DNA of 64,000 nt from Patescibacteria group bacterium (lineage in GTDB: Bacteria; Patescibacteriota; Minisyncoccia; Phycocordibacterales; Phycocordibacteraceae), in NCBI GenBank assembly GCA_029260935.1, contig JAJDCJ010000016.1, forward strand, positions 19,648 through 83,647. Direction: 5' to 3'. A program made the translations under genes and the position numbers. Below, piece by piece: positions 42,624 to 52,951 of the stretch. Position 1 is the stretch's first letter. Each line of letters begins with the position of its first letter. A model generated the notes under the pieces. It was given only the letters and a program-made list of their open reading frames with translations. It searched no databases and was not told the DNA's origin.

Positions 42624-42695
42624 AAATACCCTTATCAAATGCACCGCTGTTTCCAGTGCCCGAGTAACCCTATCCTAGCATAGTTGCCCTTTACT

Positions 42696-43238
42696 TTAGG
42701 AAGTTACAAACTTTTCAAACGTACCTAAATAGGTATCAATGAAACTCTTTGTTTTCTCATCAGTCACCGTACCGTCCACCTGAAGTTTGTCTTGAACTCC
42801 CGAAAGGTAGAACTCTGGCTGGCCCATAACCTGCATATCAAAATAAACCAATATTGAGCGAAGGTGTTGTTGCATTTGTGCAGTGCCCAGACCCCCCATA
42901 GTGGCACCTACTATCGCCGCTTTCTTGCCGTTGAATGAGTTTTTACCCGTAGTTCCTGGTCGTGACCCCCAGTCTAGTGCATTTTTCAATACTCCAGGAA
43001 TTGAGCGATTATACTCTGGTGAAATAATAAGTATGCCGTCTGCGTGTTCTACTTTTTCCTTAAAGGCGGTAGCTGCTTCTGGAAAATTATCTTCCAAGTC
43101 AGTGTTGAGAAGCGGTAGGTCAATACTCACTTCTTCAAACGACAAACCGGCAGGTGCTTGTTTTTTAAATGCTTCAAAAAGCGCACGATTGTACGACTCT
43201 TTTCTCAGTGAACCAATAAGAATTGCAATTTTTTTCAT
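42696..43238 (-). CDS. NAD(P)H-dependent FMN reductase (flavodoxin-like fold)
   Basis: MKKIAILIGSLRKESYNRAL..., 180 aa. Confidence 0.75.
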   Translation of the reverse strand: MKKIAILIGSLRKESYNRALFEAFKKQAPAGLSFEEVSIDLPLLNTDLEDNFPEAATAFKEKVEHADGILIISPEYNRSIPGVLKNALDWGSRPGTTGKNSFNGKKAAIVGATMGGLGTAQMQQHLRSILVYFDMQVMGQPEFYLSGVQDKLQVDGTVTDEKTKSFIDTYLGTFEKFVTS

Positions 43239-43258
43239 ATACCTTCAGTATACATCCT

Positions 43259-43789
43259 TTATATTTTAAAAGTGTGGAGGGAACCATTCGGAATGTCTAA
43301 TTCTACACACTGGTTAAGTATCTTATGAAAAATGCGAACAGGACCTCTGCTGGTTACTACCAGCGCCGTGTCGTCTCCTTCTTTTTTAAGTTCTGCTAGA
43401 AAATCCCCTATCCTCTTTGTGACGTCCTCAACCGACTCTCCACCATAGGGGCGGTAATCATATTTCAAATTAACGTCAAGTTCTCTAAGCTGTTCTCCGT
43501 CTTCAAGGTCGTTAAAAGACTTACCCGCCAGCGACCCGTACTCACGTTCGCGAAGTGAGTCTTTGACCACAACATCTACGCCTATTTTTTTGTTAATAAT
43601 TTCTGCGCTTTGCAAAACGCGTTTTAGTGGTGAGGCATATATCTTTTTTATTCCAGTGGGAACCATACGTGCAAACTCCTCAATTTGCCTCACACCATTC
43701 TCGTTTAGCGGTCCATCTATACTCGCGCCCTGCAGTATCCCCCGTGCATTTTCATCAGTCTCTCCGTGTCGTACTACGTATAAAATCAT
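43259..43789 (-). CDS. histidine phosphatase family protein (phosphoglycerate-mutase-like)
   Basis: VVRHGETDEN (RHG motif), ASPLKRVLQSAE, 176 aa; adjacent to glyS. Confidence 0.8.
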   Translation of the reverse strand: MILYVVRHGETDENARGILQGASIDGPLNENGVRQIEEFARMVPTGIKKIYASPLKRVLQSAEIINKKIGVDVVVKDSLREREYGSLAGKSFNDLEDGEQLRELDVNLKYDYRPYGGESVEDVTKRIGDFLAELKKEGDDTALVVTSRGPVRIFHKILNQCVELDIPNGSLHTFKI

Positions 43790-43832
43790 GGAACTATTTA
43801 TTACTTCTTACTAAGGTCAGCTCGCTTCGCCG

Positions 43833-45152
43833 TTATTTTATTGCGTCAACAACTTTTTTAATCACCTCTGCTATTGGTAGACGTTCTTGTTCTCCCGTGT
43901 CGCGGTCGCGGACGGTTACGGTGTCTTTGTTCTCTGGCACTTCGCCGAGGGTGTCAAAATCAATAGTGATACAAAATGGCGTACCTATTTCATCCTGCCT
44001 TCGGTAGCGCTTGCCGATGTTGCCATTATCGTCCCACATTATCTGTGGCACTTCTTTTTTCAGCGTGTCATATACTTCGCGCGCTTTTGCTACCAACTCC
44101 GGCTTATTCTTCAAAAGTGGCGACACCATCGCCTTAACCGGCGCAAGCGACGGCTTAAACGCAAGGTATACGCGCTTTTCACCCCCGAGCTCGTCTTCGC
44201 GGTATGCGGACACCAAGACCGCGAGCACAGTGCGGTCAATACCGAGCGACGGTTCAATGATGTGAGGAGTGACATGTTCCTTATTTTCTTCGTCAAAGTA
44301 TGTCAGCGCTTCACCAGAGTGCTCGGTGTGTTTGACGAGGTCGTGGTTGGTGCGGTATGCAAGCCCCCACAACTCCTTTTGACCAAAGGGGTATGCAAAT
44401 TCAAAATCAATCGTTCGTTTTGAGTAGTGCGCGCGGTCATCCCCTTCTATTTCAACTTCGTGCACTTTACCGGCATCAATGCCCGTTGACTGAATAAACT
44501 CAATCATTATATTTTTCCACTCGTCAAAATATTTTTTCCACTCGCTTTCTTTTACAAAATATTCAACTTCCATTTGTTCAAACTCGCGTGCGCGGAAAAT
44601 AAAGTCACGGGGGGCTATTTCATTTCTAAACGCTTTACCAATTTGGGCAATGCCAAACGGCAGTTTTGGATTCATTGAATCCACTACGTTTTTAAAGTTT
44701 ACAAAAATACCTTGCGCGGTTTCAGGTCGCAGATACGAGGTGGTATCGCCCTCCGCACCAACTTTTGTTTCAAACATCAGATTAAATGCCTTTTGTTCAC
44801 TGAATGCTTCGCCACACTCTGGGCACTCCTCTTTGTTTTCTAAGTGGTCAGCACGAAATCTATGCCCTTTTTTACACTCAACCACCGGGTCGGTAAAACC
44901 GGCACCGGTGTGCCCGCTTGCTTCCCACACTTTTTCATTCATTAAAATTGCCGTGTCCACGCCGTATATGTCGTCACGACTATCAACAAACATCTGCCAC
45001 CACAGGTTTTTGATGTTGTTCTTGAGCGCAACACCGCGCGGGCCATAGTCCCACGTGCCGGCAAGACCTCCATAAATTTCGGAACCTTGAAACACAAAAC
45101 CACGCCTTTTTGCAAGCGATACTATTTTCTCCATCAGGTTTTCTTCTGCCAT
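43833..45152 (-). CDS. glyS: glycine--tRNA ligase (class II, dimeric type)
   Basis: N-terminus MAEENLMEKIVSLAKRRGFVFQGSEIYGGLAGTWDYGP typical of alpha2 GlyRS. Confidence 0.9.
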   Translation of the reverse strand: MAEENLMEKIVSLAKRRGFVFQGSEIYGGLAGTWDYGPRGVALKNNIKNLWWQMFVDSRDDIYGVDTAILMNEKVWEASGHTGAGFTDPVVECKKGHRFRADHLENKEECPECGEAFSEQKAFNLMFETKVGAEGDTTSYLRPETAQGIFVNFKNVVDSMNPKLPFGIAQIGKAFRNEIAPRDFIFRAREFEQMEVEYFVKESEWKKYFDEWKNIMIEFIQSTGIDAGKVHEVEIEGDDRAHYSKRTIDFEFAYPFGQKELWGLAYRTNHDLVKHTEHSGEALTYFDEENKEHVTPHIIEPSLGIDRTVLAVLVSAYREDELGGEKRVYLAFKPSLAPVKAMVSPLLKNKPELVAKAREVYDTLKKEVPQIMWDDNGNIGKRYRRQDEIGTPFCITIDFDTLGEVPENKDTVTVRDRDTGEQERLPIAEVIKKVVDAIK

Positions 45153-45161
45153 ATGCTCAAC

Positions 45162-47036
45162 CTACGGTACCACAATGCCTTCTTTGGAGGTAGGGGCGGC
45201 GCTTTGTGTGGTGAGCGAAGAAAGGGCGCGTTCAATTTGCGAGCGAGTAAAGCGGTCAAACCCATACACTCTTTGATCAGAGACAACTGTTGGCAACTGC
45301 CCTACTTGCGAGAGGGATGGTGTTACTCCGACCTGAAATGTCGTGGTGCGCGACTCTCCTGCAGTCAGGTCTCCAATATCCCATGTCACCACACCCCCAA
45401 TGTTATTGTACGAAATATTACTTGCTGCCGACTCAGGGGTAAACCGAACATAGCTCGGCAGTGCTGCCGCAACTGAAGCATTGGCAACGGCGTTCGCGCT
45501 ATTGGTTACCGTCCACGAAACACGATATATCGTTTCGCTGTCTGCCTTTGGAGGTTGCGGTCCTGAAATATATTGCAAAGTGCTCTTAAGCGCCAAGTCG
45601 GTTGCCACCAACAAACGAGATGTTGTTGAAGATTCAATAATTTCAGGTACACGGTCTTCAGTAACACGCCGTGCGCGCACTGTTGCCGTGAGTGTTATTT
45701 CAGGGTTTTTAAATACCCCCTCCTGTTTTGGTAACGTTGAGAGTGTAAACGAGTACAGCCCAGAGGCACCAGGAGCAACGTCAATAAGGGAACTGTCTGT
45801 TTCTCTGCTCCAGATAAGTGTATTGTCAAACGAGCGCCAAAAACCAGTTTGCGCAACAACGGTGTTGCGATCTAGAATAACACCGTCCAATTTAATTTCA
45901 ATTTCAACGTCTTGCGCGCGTGTTGGTAAATTATTAACCCATCGTATGTCGCCACGGATCTGTTCGCCACGAGTCACTGTTTTTTCTGTTGCAATTTCAC
46001 CATCCAAAGAAAGCACGAGTGAAATAAATGGTTTTGCCAACTTGAACGCAACGTCACTTGTTGCAAGAGGTGCTGAAATTTCATCTTTTGTCTTCTCACT
46101 CTCGCTTCCTGCGGTAAAATGCACGACCCGCTCATCATTGTCTTCTCCACTAAATGTCCCTTGAATAGTCACTGTGCGCTCCCCGCCCTGCTCAATGTCG
46201 CCCAAGCGCCAGGTGTTACTTCCCGTAACCGGGCTCGGGTTTGCTGAGTTAAAAGAAAATCCTGGTGGATATTCTGCAACCAAAAGAATATCGTTCAGTG
46301 TATCTGGTATGTTTGAGGATACTGTTACGGTAATTGCTGTTTCTTGCCCTGACACTATTTCTTGCAAAGACTCTACTGTAATTGATGCCGGCGATTGACT
46401 AATCGGGAGTGTATATTCGGATTCACTTACAAAAATTGCATTTGAAGATGTCACGCGATACTCAACCGAAACACCAATTGATACGTCAGTTGATGCTTGC
46501 CCAAACACCACTGCACGAATAGTCCTGTTCACACTTTCCGCCGGGTTAATAGTGCCGAGGGACTCACGAATGCGCGGTAGACGTATTGAAATGTCGGTCT
46601 CGCTGCGTGTTCCTTCGGGAAACTCAACAACTAAGTCCACAAGTTCCATTGGTACTGAGTTTTTGTTGGTAATTATAATTTGAAGTGGAATAGTCTCTCC
46701 TGCGCGAATTGATGTTGGCCCATCAAGCGCAATGGTTACATTACGCGTTGAAACAGTGTTGTTTCCAGAGAAAAACAAAAAACTAGCAAACACGCCAGCG
46801 ATAAGGAAAAAAACCACCGACCCCACAAAAAGGAGCTCTGAAAAATTAAAACGTTTTCTCTTTTTCTTAGAAGGGGTGGGTTTTTCCCACATGGGGCCAG
46901 TGCGTTCGCGGGCACCACCAAGCGAAGAGCGTCTAATATTCAAATTCTCCTTTTGGCCGTTGCGCGAGTTGAGTTTTTTGGCGAGTCTATCAAGAGCACT
47001 TTTTTTTTCCTCCATACGCTCTCTAGTATACCCCAC
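45162..47036 (-). CDS. hypothetical single-pass membrane protein with large beta-rich extracytoplasmic region
   Basis: Basic cytoplasmic N-terminus, TM FVGSVVFFLIAGVFASFLFF, about 540-aa repeat-like ectodomain. Confidence 0.55.
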   Translation of the reverse strand: MGYTRERMEEKKSALDRLAKKLNSRNGQKENLNIRRSSLGGARERTGPMWEKPTPSKKKRKRFNFSELLFVGSVVFFLIAGVFASFLFFSGNNTVSTRNVTIALDGPTSIRAGETIPLQIIITNKNSVPMELVDLVVEFPEGTRSETDISIRLPRIRESLGTINPAESVNRTIRAVVFGQASTDVSIGVSVEYRVTSSNAIFVSESEYTLPISQSPASITVESLQEIVSGQETAITVTVSSNIPDTLNDILLVAEYPPGFSFNSANPSPVTGSNTWRLGDIEQGGERTVTIQGTFSGEDNDERVVHFTAGSESEKTKDEISAPLATSDVAFKLAKPFISLVLSLDGEIATEKTVTRGEQIRGDIRWVNNLPTRAQDVEIEIKLDGVILDRNTVVAQTGFWRSFDNTLIWSRETDSSLIDVAPGASGLYSFTLSTLPKQEGVFKNPEITLTATVRARRVTEDRVPEIIESSTTSRLLVATDLALKSTLQYISGPQPPKADSETIYRVSWTVTNSANAVANASVAAALPSYVRFTPESAASNISYNNIGGVVTWDIGDLTAGESRTTTFQVGVTPSLSQVGQLPTVVSDQRVYGFDRFTRSQIERALSSLTTQSAAPTSKEGIVVP

Positions 47037-47042
47037 CGGGGC

Positions 47043-47630
47043 TTAGGTGAGATTACTGGCAAGGAGTGCCTCGTTGATAGTTTTGATAAGCTGTCGCTCG
47101 TAAAACACCAAGTCTTCCACTGTCTTAGTGTCATATTCTATGCTTTCTAAATACGGAATACCGTGAGTATCGTCAACATACCCAAGAGCATACACAATAC
47201 GCGCAACCGTTACATGCTCTGCAACGCGTACGTGGCCCTTGGAAAAATCCGGAAGGTTTTCTAAAAAGTTCCAAAGTGCCCCAAACAGCTGTTCACTGTA
47301 CTCTTCCCCGTGCACCAACTGTCGCACTACACTCAACACGCGTGCGTACGCTTTTTGTGCGTAGTCTTTTTCAGAAAGTGTAAAATGTGTGTTTTTTGTA
47401 TCAACAGAACCAGTAATACGCCATCCTGTTTTTCCTTTTACTAACGTGTACAGACCAAAAGACCCAACCTGTAGGTGCGCACGCAGTTTTGAGCGCTCTT
47501 CTCGTGCGCTTTTTGCAAAACCGGTGACTAATCCCAAGTGTTCAGTATATAAAAATATCCGCGCACTTCCCTCACCTGCCTGTCCGCGGCCAATAACAAC
47601 TGCTCGTGTGGTAACTTCGTTATTTTTTAA
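47043..47630 (-). CDS. recO: DNA repair protein RecO
   Basis: N-terminal OB domain pattern; start set at MLKNNEVTTRAVVIG to avoid 82-nt overlap with ileS. Confidence 0.65.
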   Translation of the reverse strand, partial: LKNNEVTTRAVVIGRGQAGEGSARIFLYTEHLGLVTGFAKSAREERSKLRAHLQVGSFGLYTLVKGKTGWRITGSVDTKNTHFTLSEKDYAQKAYARVLSVVRQLVHGEEYSEQLFGALWNFLENLPDFSKGHVRVAEHVTVARIVYALGYVDDTHGIPYLESIEYDTKTVEDLVFYERQLIKTINEALLASNLT

Positions 47631-50600
47631 CATTGATTGGTGTGCCCTTTTCAAAACCAGAAAGCCCCGCAACTCGGCTAATTTCATCCCAGTGTTTCTC
47701 AAGCAAGGTCGTATCCTCAGGAGTCACAAAAACTGCAGTATCTTTCGGCGACAGTTCTGCTTTTTTACGCAATCCTTGAATAGTACGAATTAACTCGCGT
47801 ACGTCTCCCTCTTCTTGTAACGCGGGTGTAATAGTAGTGTCTAACACTACTTCAGGTTCATTTTTGTTTCCTGATTCAAAAATAACCTGTTTTACATTCA
47901 CCTCGTCTTGTATCAAAGGAACAACCATATCCCAGTACTTCGGTGCCTCCTCTGAAGAAAGGATAGTGAGTGTGCTGAGTGGCTGTCGTACTTTAATCCC
48001 TTTTTCAGAACGCTCCATCAATGCCATACTCACAAAAGAACGAGCGACTACCATAGTGTTGAGAAGCTCTTGGTCAAATTCACGAACAGTACACCAACTG
48101 GCAAGGTGAACACTCTCCACATCATTCTGACGCATAACTCTTTGCCAGAGCCACTCAGCTATAAATGGTGTAAACGGTGCAATTATTTTTGCATACTTGC
48201 GGAGAACCCAACGCGTTGTTTGCAGTGCTGCTTTTTTGTCTTTCTCATCACTCCCTTTAAAACGGTCACGTGATCGTCGCAGATACCACGTTGACAGGTC
48301 GTCAATAAAATCAGCAAACGGACGTGACGCTTTATCAATTTTGTATGCATCAAGGTTTTCAGTAACTGTTGTATGGAGCTCTCGCGTACGCGCAATAATC
48401 CACTGATCAAGTGGGTGGGTACTGTCCGAGGAATCAGTGTGCTCAGTGCTATCTGCGTATAGTTCATAGAGTGTGTATGAATTAAGAAGTCTAGTGAAGT
48501 TCTTTTTCACTATTTCATCAACCGTCCGCTCATCAAAGTTTTTAGAAGCCCCGGGTTCGTTGATGGTGTACATCCAATAGCGCAGTGCATCAACACCATA
48601 TTTTGAAAACAGTACCCAAGGATCAATAACATTACCCACTGACTTCGACATCTTTTGTCCTTTGCTATCCAAGAGATGTCCAAGGGAGATAACATTTTTG
48701 TATGCATGACCACGCTCCATCAACACACCAATTGCATGAAGTGTGTAAAACCACCCCCGGGTCTGGTCAATCGCCTCTGAAATAAAATCAGCTGGATACC
48801 CTGAACCCTCCACCCTCTCTTTGTTTTCAAATGGGTAGTGATCTTGTGCAAATGGCATAGATCCTGCATCAAACCATACATCCAACACTTCCGGTGCACG
48901 TACCAACGTCTTCCCGCTCGCGCCAACGATTTCTATTTCATCAATAAACGGGCGGTGAAAATCTAGTTCGTATTCACGGTTATGTGGTAGTGGTGTGAAT
49001 GAAAAATCACGCACCTCGCCAGTAGTATAATAGTCAAGAGTCTTCATTTTCATTGCAATCGTTCCTTTCTGGTCTACTCCTTGTGCAATAGCATCCAGCA
49101 TCCATGCTGGATATTCATGTGCAACAAATAGAATATTTTTTCCTTGATACTTTGCCTCCGTTTCGTAAAGAAATTCACCAATCCTACGCTTCAGTTGTAC
49201 CAGTGTCTCACCGCCTTTTGCTGCTTTTTCAAACATAACCTCATAACTACTCCCAAAAAACTCACGCATTTCCTCAACCGGTTTTCCATCAAGCTCTCCA
49301 AACTTAATTTCAGCAATGCGCTCGTCAAATATAATATCTTCTTTTGAAAAACCAATACTGTCGGCAACGAGCTCTGCGGTCTCTTTCGCGCGCAATACTG
49401 GCGAGCTAATAATGTAATCAATTTTTTTATCCTTAAGGGAGTCTGCTGACTTTTTCACCTGCTGTGTACCAAGTTCGGTAAGATGATTTTCTTTACTGCC
49501 TTGATCAAGGTTATTGTTTGCATTGCTATACGCTTGTCCGTGTCGCATTACAAAATAGGAGTTACCGCTTTTCTTTGTTTTCTCCTTTAGTTCATCCAAA
49601 GACCCGATAACAACCACTTCATCAGTTTCTTCATCCGTCCACACAGGCATCGGCGTTCCCCAGTAACGCGCACGCGACACTGCCCAGTCTTTTACTTCTC
49701 TCAACCACTCACCAAAACGCCCCTCTTTAATGTGTGCCGGTTCCCAGTTAATTTTTTCATTTTCCTTAACGAGCGTGTCACGAAGTTCAGACATACGGAT
49801 ATACCACGAATCAGTTGCATAATAAATCAGTGGATTTTTACAACGCCAACAAAACGGATATGTATGAGTCACCTCTTCCGTTTTTAGAAGAAGATCTCTT
49901 TCGTTTAGATTCTCAATAATTTTTGTATCTGCCTCTTTAACAAGCGTCCCAGCAAAGTCTTTAACATCATCAGAAAAACGACCTTCAAGAGTTACGAGGT
50001 GATGTCTTGGCAAGCCAATTGCCACCCCAAGCTCAAAATCGTCTGTGCCATACATAACTGCAGTGTGTACAATACCGGTACCGTCTTCTGTCGTAACAAA
50101 ATCTGCCTCATACACGGTATAGGCCTTAGGAACCTTGTGTTTCTCTTCCTCAGGAAGTGAATCTAAAAGATACTTAAATAATGGTTCATATTTCTTCCCT
50201 GCTAGAGCTGAACCCAACATTTCTTCCATAACCTCATATTCATCAAAAACTTTTTCTGCCTGTTCTTTTGCGACCCAAAGAAATTCATTACCAACCTTTA
50301 CCTTTACGTAAGAAATATCTTTTCCCACCGCAAGCGCCACGTTTCCAGGAAGTGTCCACGGTGTTGTGGTCCACGCCAGAAGATATTCATTTTTAGCATC
50401 CGCCATCGGAAATTTTACATACACCGAGGTGTCTGTTACTTCTTTATACCCCTCGGCAACTTCATGACTTGAAAGTGCTGTCCCACATCGCGCGCACCAC
50501 GGCACCACTTTGTAGTCCTTGTATAAAAGACCGCGCGTATGTGTATGCTGAAAAATATTCCATACCGACTCAATATAATCGTTTGAAAATGTGAAATACG

Positions 50601-51045
50601 TACTGTCGTGATCTACCCAAAAACCAATACGATCGCTGAACTCCTTCCACTCGTCAATGTAGCGGTGCACGCTGGCAAGACATTTTGCATTAAATGCCTC
50701 AACACCATATGCTTCAATATCTTTTTTACTCGTGAGACCGAGCTCCTTTTCAACCGCAAGCTCAACAGGAAGTCCGTGCGTGTCCCATCCTGCCTTTCTT
50801 CTGACGTGATAGCCACGCATAGTTTTGTAGCGTGGTATAAGGTCTTTAAAAGCCCTTGATTCTAGGTGATGAAGCGCTGGATGATTGTTTGCCGTTGGCG
50901 GTCCTTCATAAAAAACAAACTCACCATTTGGGGTTGGCTTTTCAAGTGATTTTTGAAAGATGTTATGTTCAGTCCAAAACGCAAGGATTTCTTCTTCTCG
51001 CTTTGCAGTTTCGGATATTTTTACCTCCGTATCCATAATGGTCAT
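47620..51045 (-). CDS. ileS: isoleucine--tRNA ligase carrying an inserted histidine-phosphatase (RHG) domain
   Basis: HIGH/KMSKS class I core, editing domain; about 200-aa insertion (aa ~496-693) with RHGQ...SSPVLRAKETAE...VAHE motifs between conserved VIGSLDEL and LDFHRPFIDEI blocks. Confidence 0.9.
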   Translation of the reverse strand: MTIMDTEVKISETAKREEEILAFWTEHNIFQKSLEKPTPNGEFVFYEGPPTANNHPALHHLESRAFKDLIPRYKTMRGYHVRRKAGWDTHGLPVELAVEKELGLTSKKDIEAYGVEAFNAKCLASVHRYIDEWKEFSDRIGFWVDHDSTYFTFSNDYIESVWNIFQHTHTRGLLYKDYKVVPWCARCGTALSSHEVAEGYKEVTDTSVYVKFPMADAKNEYLLAWTTTPWTLPGNVALAVGKDISYVKVKVGNEFLWVAKEQAEKVFDEYEVMEEMLGSALAGKKYEPLFKYLLDSLPEEEKHKVPKAYTVYEADFVTTEDGTGIVHTAVMYGTDDFELGVAIGLPRHHLVTLEGRFSDDVKDFAGTLVKEADTKIIENLNERDLLLKTEEVTHTYPFCWRCKNPLIYYATDSWYIRMSELRDTLVKENEKINWEPAHIKEGRFGEWLREVKDWAVSRARYWGTPMPVWTDEETDEVVVIGSLDELKEKTKKSGNSYFVMRHGQAYSNANNNLDQGSKENHLTELGTQQVKKSADSLKDKKIDYIISSPVLRAKETAELVADSIGFSKEDIIFDERIAEIKFGELDGKPVEEMREFFGSSYEVMFEKAAKGGETLVQLKRRIGEFLYETEAKYQGKNILFVAHEYPAWMLDAIAQGVDQKGTIAMKMKTLDYYTTGEVRDFSFTPLPHNREYELDFHRPFIDEIEIVGASGKTLVRAPEVLDVWFDAGSMPFAQDHYPFENKERVEGSGYPADFISEAIDQTRGWFYTLHAIGVLMERGHAYKNVISLGHLLDSKGQKMSKSVGNVIDPWVLFSKYGVDALRYWMYTINEPGASKNFDERTVDEIVKKNFTRLLNSYTLYELYADSTEHTDSSDSTHPLDQWIIARTRELHTTVTENLDAYKIDKASRPFADFIDDLSTWYLRRSRDRFKGSDEKDKKAALQTTRWVLRKYAKIIAPFTPFIAEWLWQRVMRQNDVESVHLASWCTVREFDQELLNTMVVARSFVSMALMERSEKGIKVRQPLSTLTILSSEEAPKYWDMVVPLIQDEVNVKQVIFESGNKNEPEVVLDTTITPALQEEGDVRELIRTIQGLRKKAELSPKDTAVFVTPEDTTLLEKHWDEISRVAGLSGFEKGTPINVKK

Positions 51046-51267
51046 CCTATCACAACCACTACTTTAGAATAACTATCCCAAACGGTCTCCGTCATCGGGC
51101 CCCGCTCCTTTTTCTTCTTTCTTTTTTTCTTCCCCTGATTTTTCTCCTCCCTTACTGCTAAGAGGTTCAAAAAAATCCTCAAACTCCTTTTGATCTGGTA
51201 CGTTGTCTTCTTTAGAATACAATCTTGTATACCCCTCACTTCTTTTTTCAGTCATATACACACTGTA

Positions 51268-52923
51268 TTACATTCTCTCAGGTGCTTCAATCCCCAATAA
51301 CCAGAGCCCGTTTTTCATAGTAAGGGCAAAAGCACGTGTCAAAGCCAGCTTATATGCCTCATATTCTGCATCAATAATTCTTTCCTGCCCATACCAGCTA
51401 TTAAAAGCACCTGCAAGTTCAGTAAGGTATGTGGTGACATAGTGTGGTTCGTATTCTTGAGCCGCGCGCTCCACTACACTTGGAAATCGTGGTAACAACC
51501 GTTCAAACTCAGGAATGAGCTCCGGAGCTAATTCCTGAGTTAATTCAGGAGCTTTTTTTACGTCACCTGCTTTTTCCAATACGCTTTTCGCGCGCGCATA
51601 ACTGTACTGTAGGTAGGGTCCCGAATCACCCTCAACGGAAATTGATTTTTCAAAATCAAAAATAACATTCTTTCCAGAACTGCTTCGCAAAAACGCATAC
51701 TTAAGAGCGGCAATGGCAACGTGTTCTGAAACATTTTCGTCTCCGCGGGATTGTTTTTTAGAAACGATGCTTTTTACTTGATCAATCAGGTCTTCGGCAA
51801 GGGGCACGTTGCCGTATCGCGACGACACTTTACCGCCTTCAAAACGCAGACGCCCATGTTGCCAATATAAGGAATTCTCTCCCCATGTTTTATTAATAAG
51901 AGTCGCCGCTTTTTTAATAACTTCAAAATATTGCTTCTGTTCAATGTCAGTTACTACAATTGAAATGTCTGGGTTATATTTTTCAAACTTAAGTTTCAAA
52001 AGACCGATGTCTTTTGATTCATACACCGGTAAATCCTTTGAGGTAATAAACACACGCGTATGGAGTCCGTATTCTTCGCCTTTAAAAATAACTGCCCCTT
52101 CAGATTTTTCAAAAACGCCGGGGGTATTATCAAGCACTATCTGTTTTCCTATAACCCCAGACTCACTTTCAAAAAACATACCAGCAAACTCAGAGCCGAG
52201 GCGTTTTGCTATTGTCTTAAAATAATTTAAATTAAGTTCGCGTCCTTTTTGGTAGACATTCCACACATCGCCTTCTTTTTGACTATTAAGTGCAACGTTG
52301 ATGTCATCTATTTCTTCTTTCGTTTCTTTACTATCTTCATACTGCTTCGTTCCATCGGCATACGCCTCGCCCATTGTGTTAATAGAAAGCTCATTCTCCT
52401 TTTTATTTTTGAGTATTGACCACACCGCTTTTGCTACCCCTAGTGAAATATCAGACGGATAGGAAATGTTTACAACGCTGGCGCCTGCAAACTGTGCAAT
52501 GCGAGAAAGAGACTCCCCTATCGCTGTATTTAATAGATGTCCAACGTGAAAAGGTTTAAACAAGTTCGGTTGTGCATACTCAACTAAAATCTTTTTTCCT
52601 TTCAGGGACTGTCCTTCTCCCCACTCGTCGTCAATGCTTTTAACCACGTCAACAAAATAGCGACGTGAGAGATAAAAGTTAATAAACCCTGGACTCACTG
52701 CTTCTATTTTTTCTATCCCCTCAATAGCACCAAGCTCTGCAACAATTTTTTCAGCCAATTCTTTTGGGTTCACTTTTGCCTCTTGAGAGGCCACCATCGC
52801 CACATTACTGGAAAAATCTCCGTGCGAGAGATCTGCTGGGTATTCCACCTTCGGTTCAATACTATGAATACCAAGCTTTTTAAGAGCAGTTTGAATAGAC
52901 TCTTTGACTCTCTTTTCAATCAT
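51268..52923 (-). CDS. argS: arginine--tRNA ligase
   Basis: HVGHLLNTAIGESL (HIGH), C-terminal DALR anticodon-binding domain; 551 aa. Confidence 0.9.
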   Translation of the reverse strand: MIEKRVKESIQTALKKLGIHSIEPKVEYPADLSHGDFSSNVAMVASQEAKVNPKELAEKIVAELGAIEGIEKIEAVSPGFINFYLSRRYFVDVVKSIDDEWGEGQSLKGKKILVEYAQPNLFKPFHVGHLLNTAIGESLSRIAQFAGASVVNISYPSDISLGVAKAVWSILKNKKENELSINTMGEAYADGTKQYEDSKETKEEIDDINVALNSQKEGDVWNVYQKGRELNLNYFKTIAKRLGSEFAGMFFESESGVIGKQIVLDNTPGVFEKSEGAVIFKGEEYGLHTRVFITSKDLPVYESKDIGLLKLKFEKYNPDISIVVTDIEQKQYFEVIKKAATLINKTWGENSLYWQHGRLRFEGGKVSSRYGNVPLAEDLIDQVKSIVSKKQSRGDENVSEHVAIAALKYAFLRSSSGKNVIFDFEKSISVEGDSGPYLQYSYARAKSVLEKAGDVKKAPELTQELAPELIPEFERLLPRFPSVVERAAQEYEPHYVTTYLTELAGAFNSWYGQERIIDAEYEAYKLALTRAFALTMKNGLWLLGIEAPERM

Positions 52924-52951
52924 AAGTAAAAGTATAACAAGAAAAGAAAAC

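Noticed and set aside
48967-49560. Intein in IleRS
   Set aside because: Insert begins with Ser but is not followed by Cys/Ser/Thr after its terminal HN, lacks intein blocks, and instead carries complete histidine-phosphatase motifs (RHG, SSPxxRAxxTA, VxHE).
51042-51261. Overlapping 62/65-aa minus-strand ORFs between ileS and argS (acidic, Lys/Glu-rich)
   Set aside because: Two alternative frames over the same low-complexity GA-rich DNA, no start context or domain; probably the ileS upstream untranslated/promoter region.
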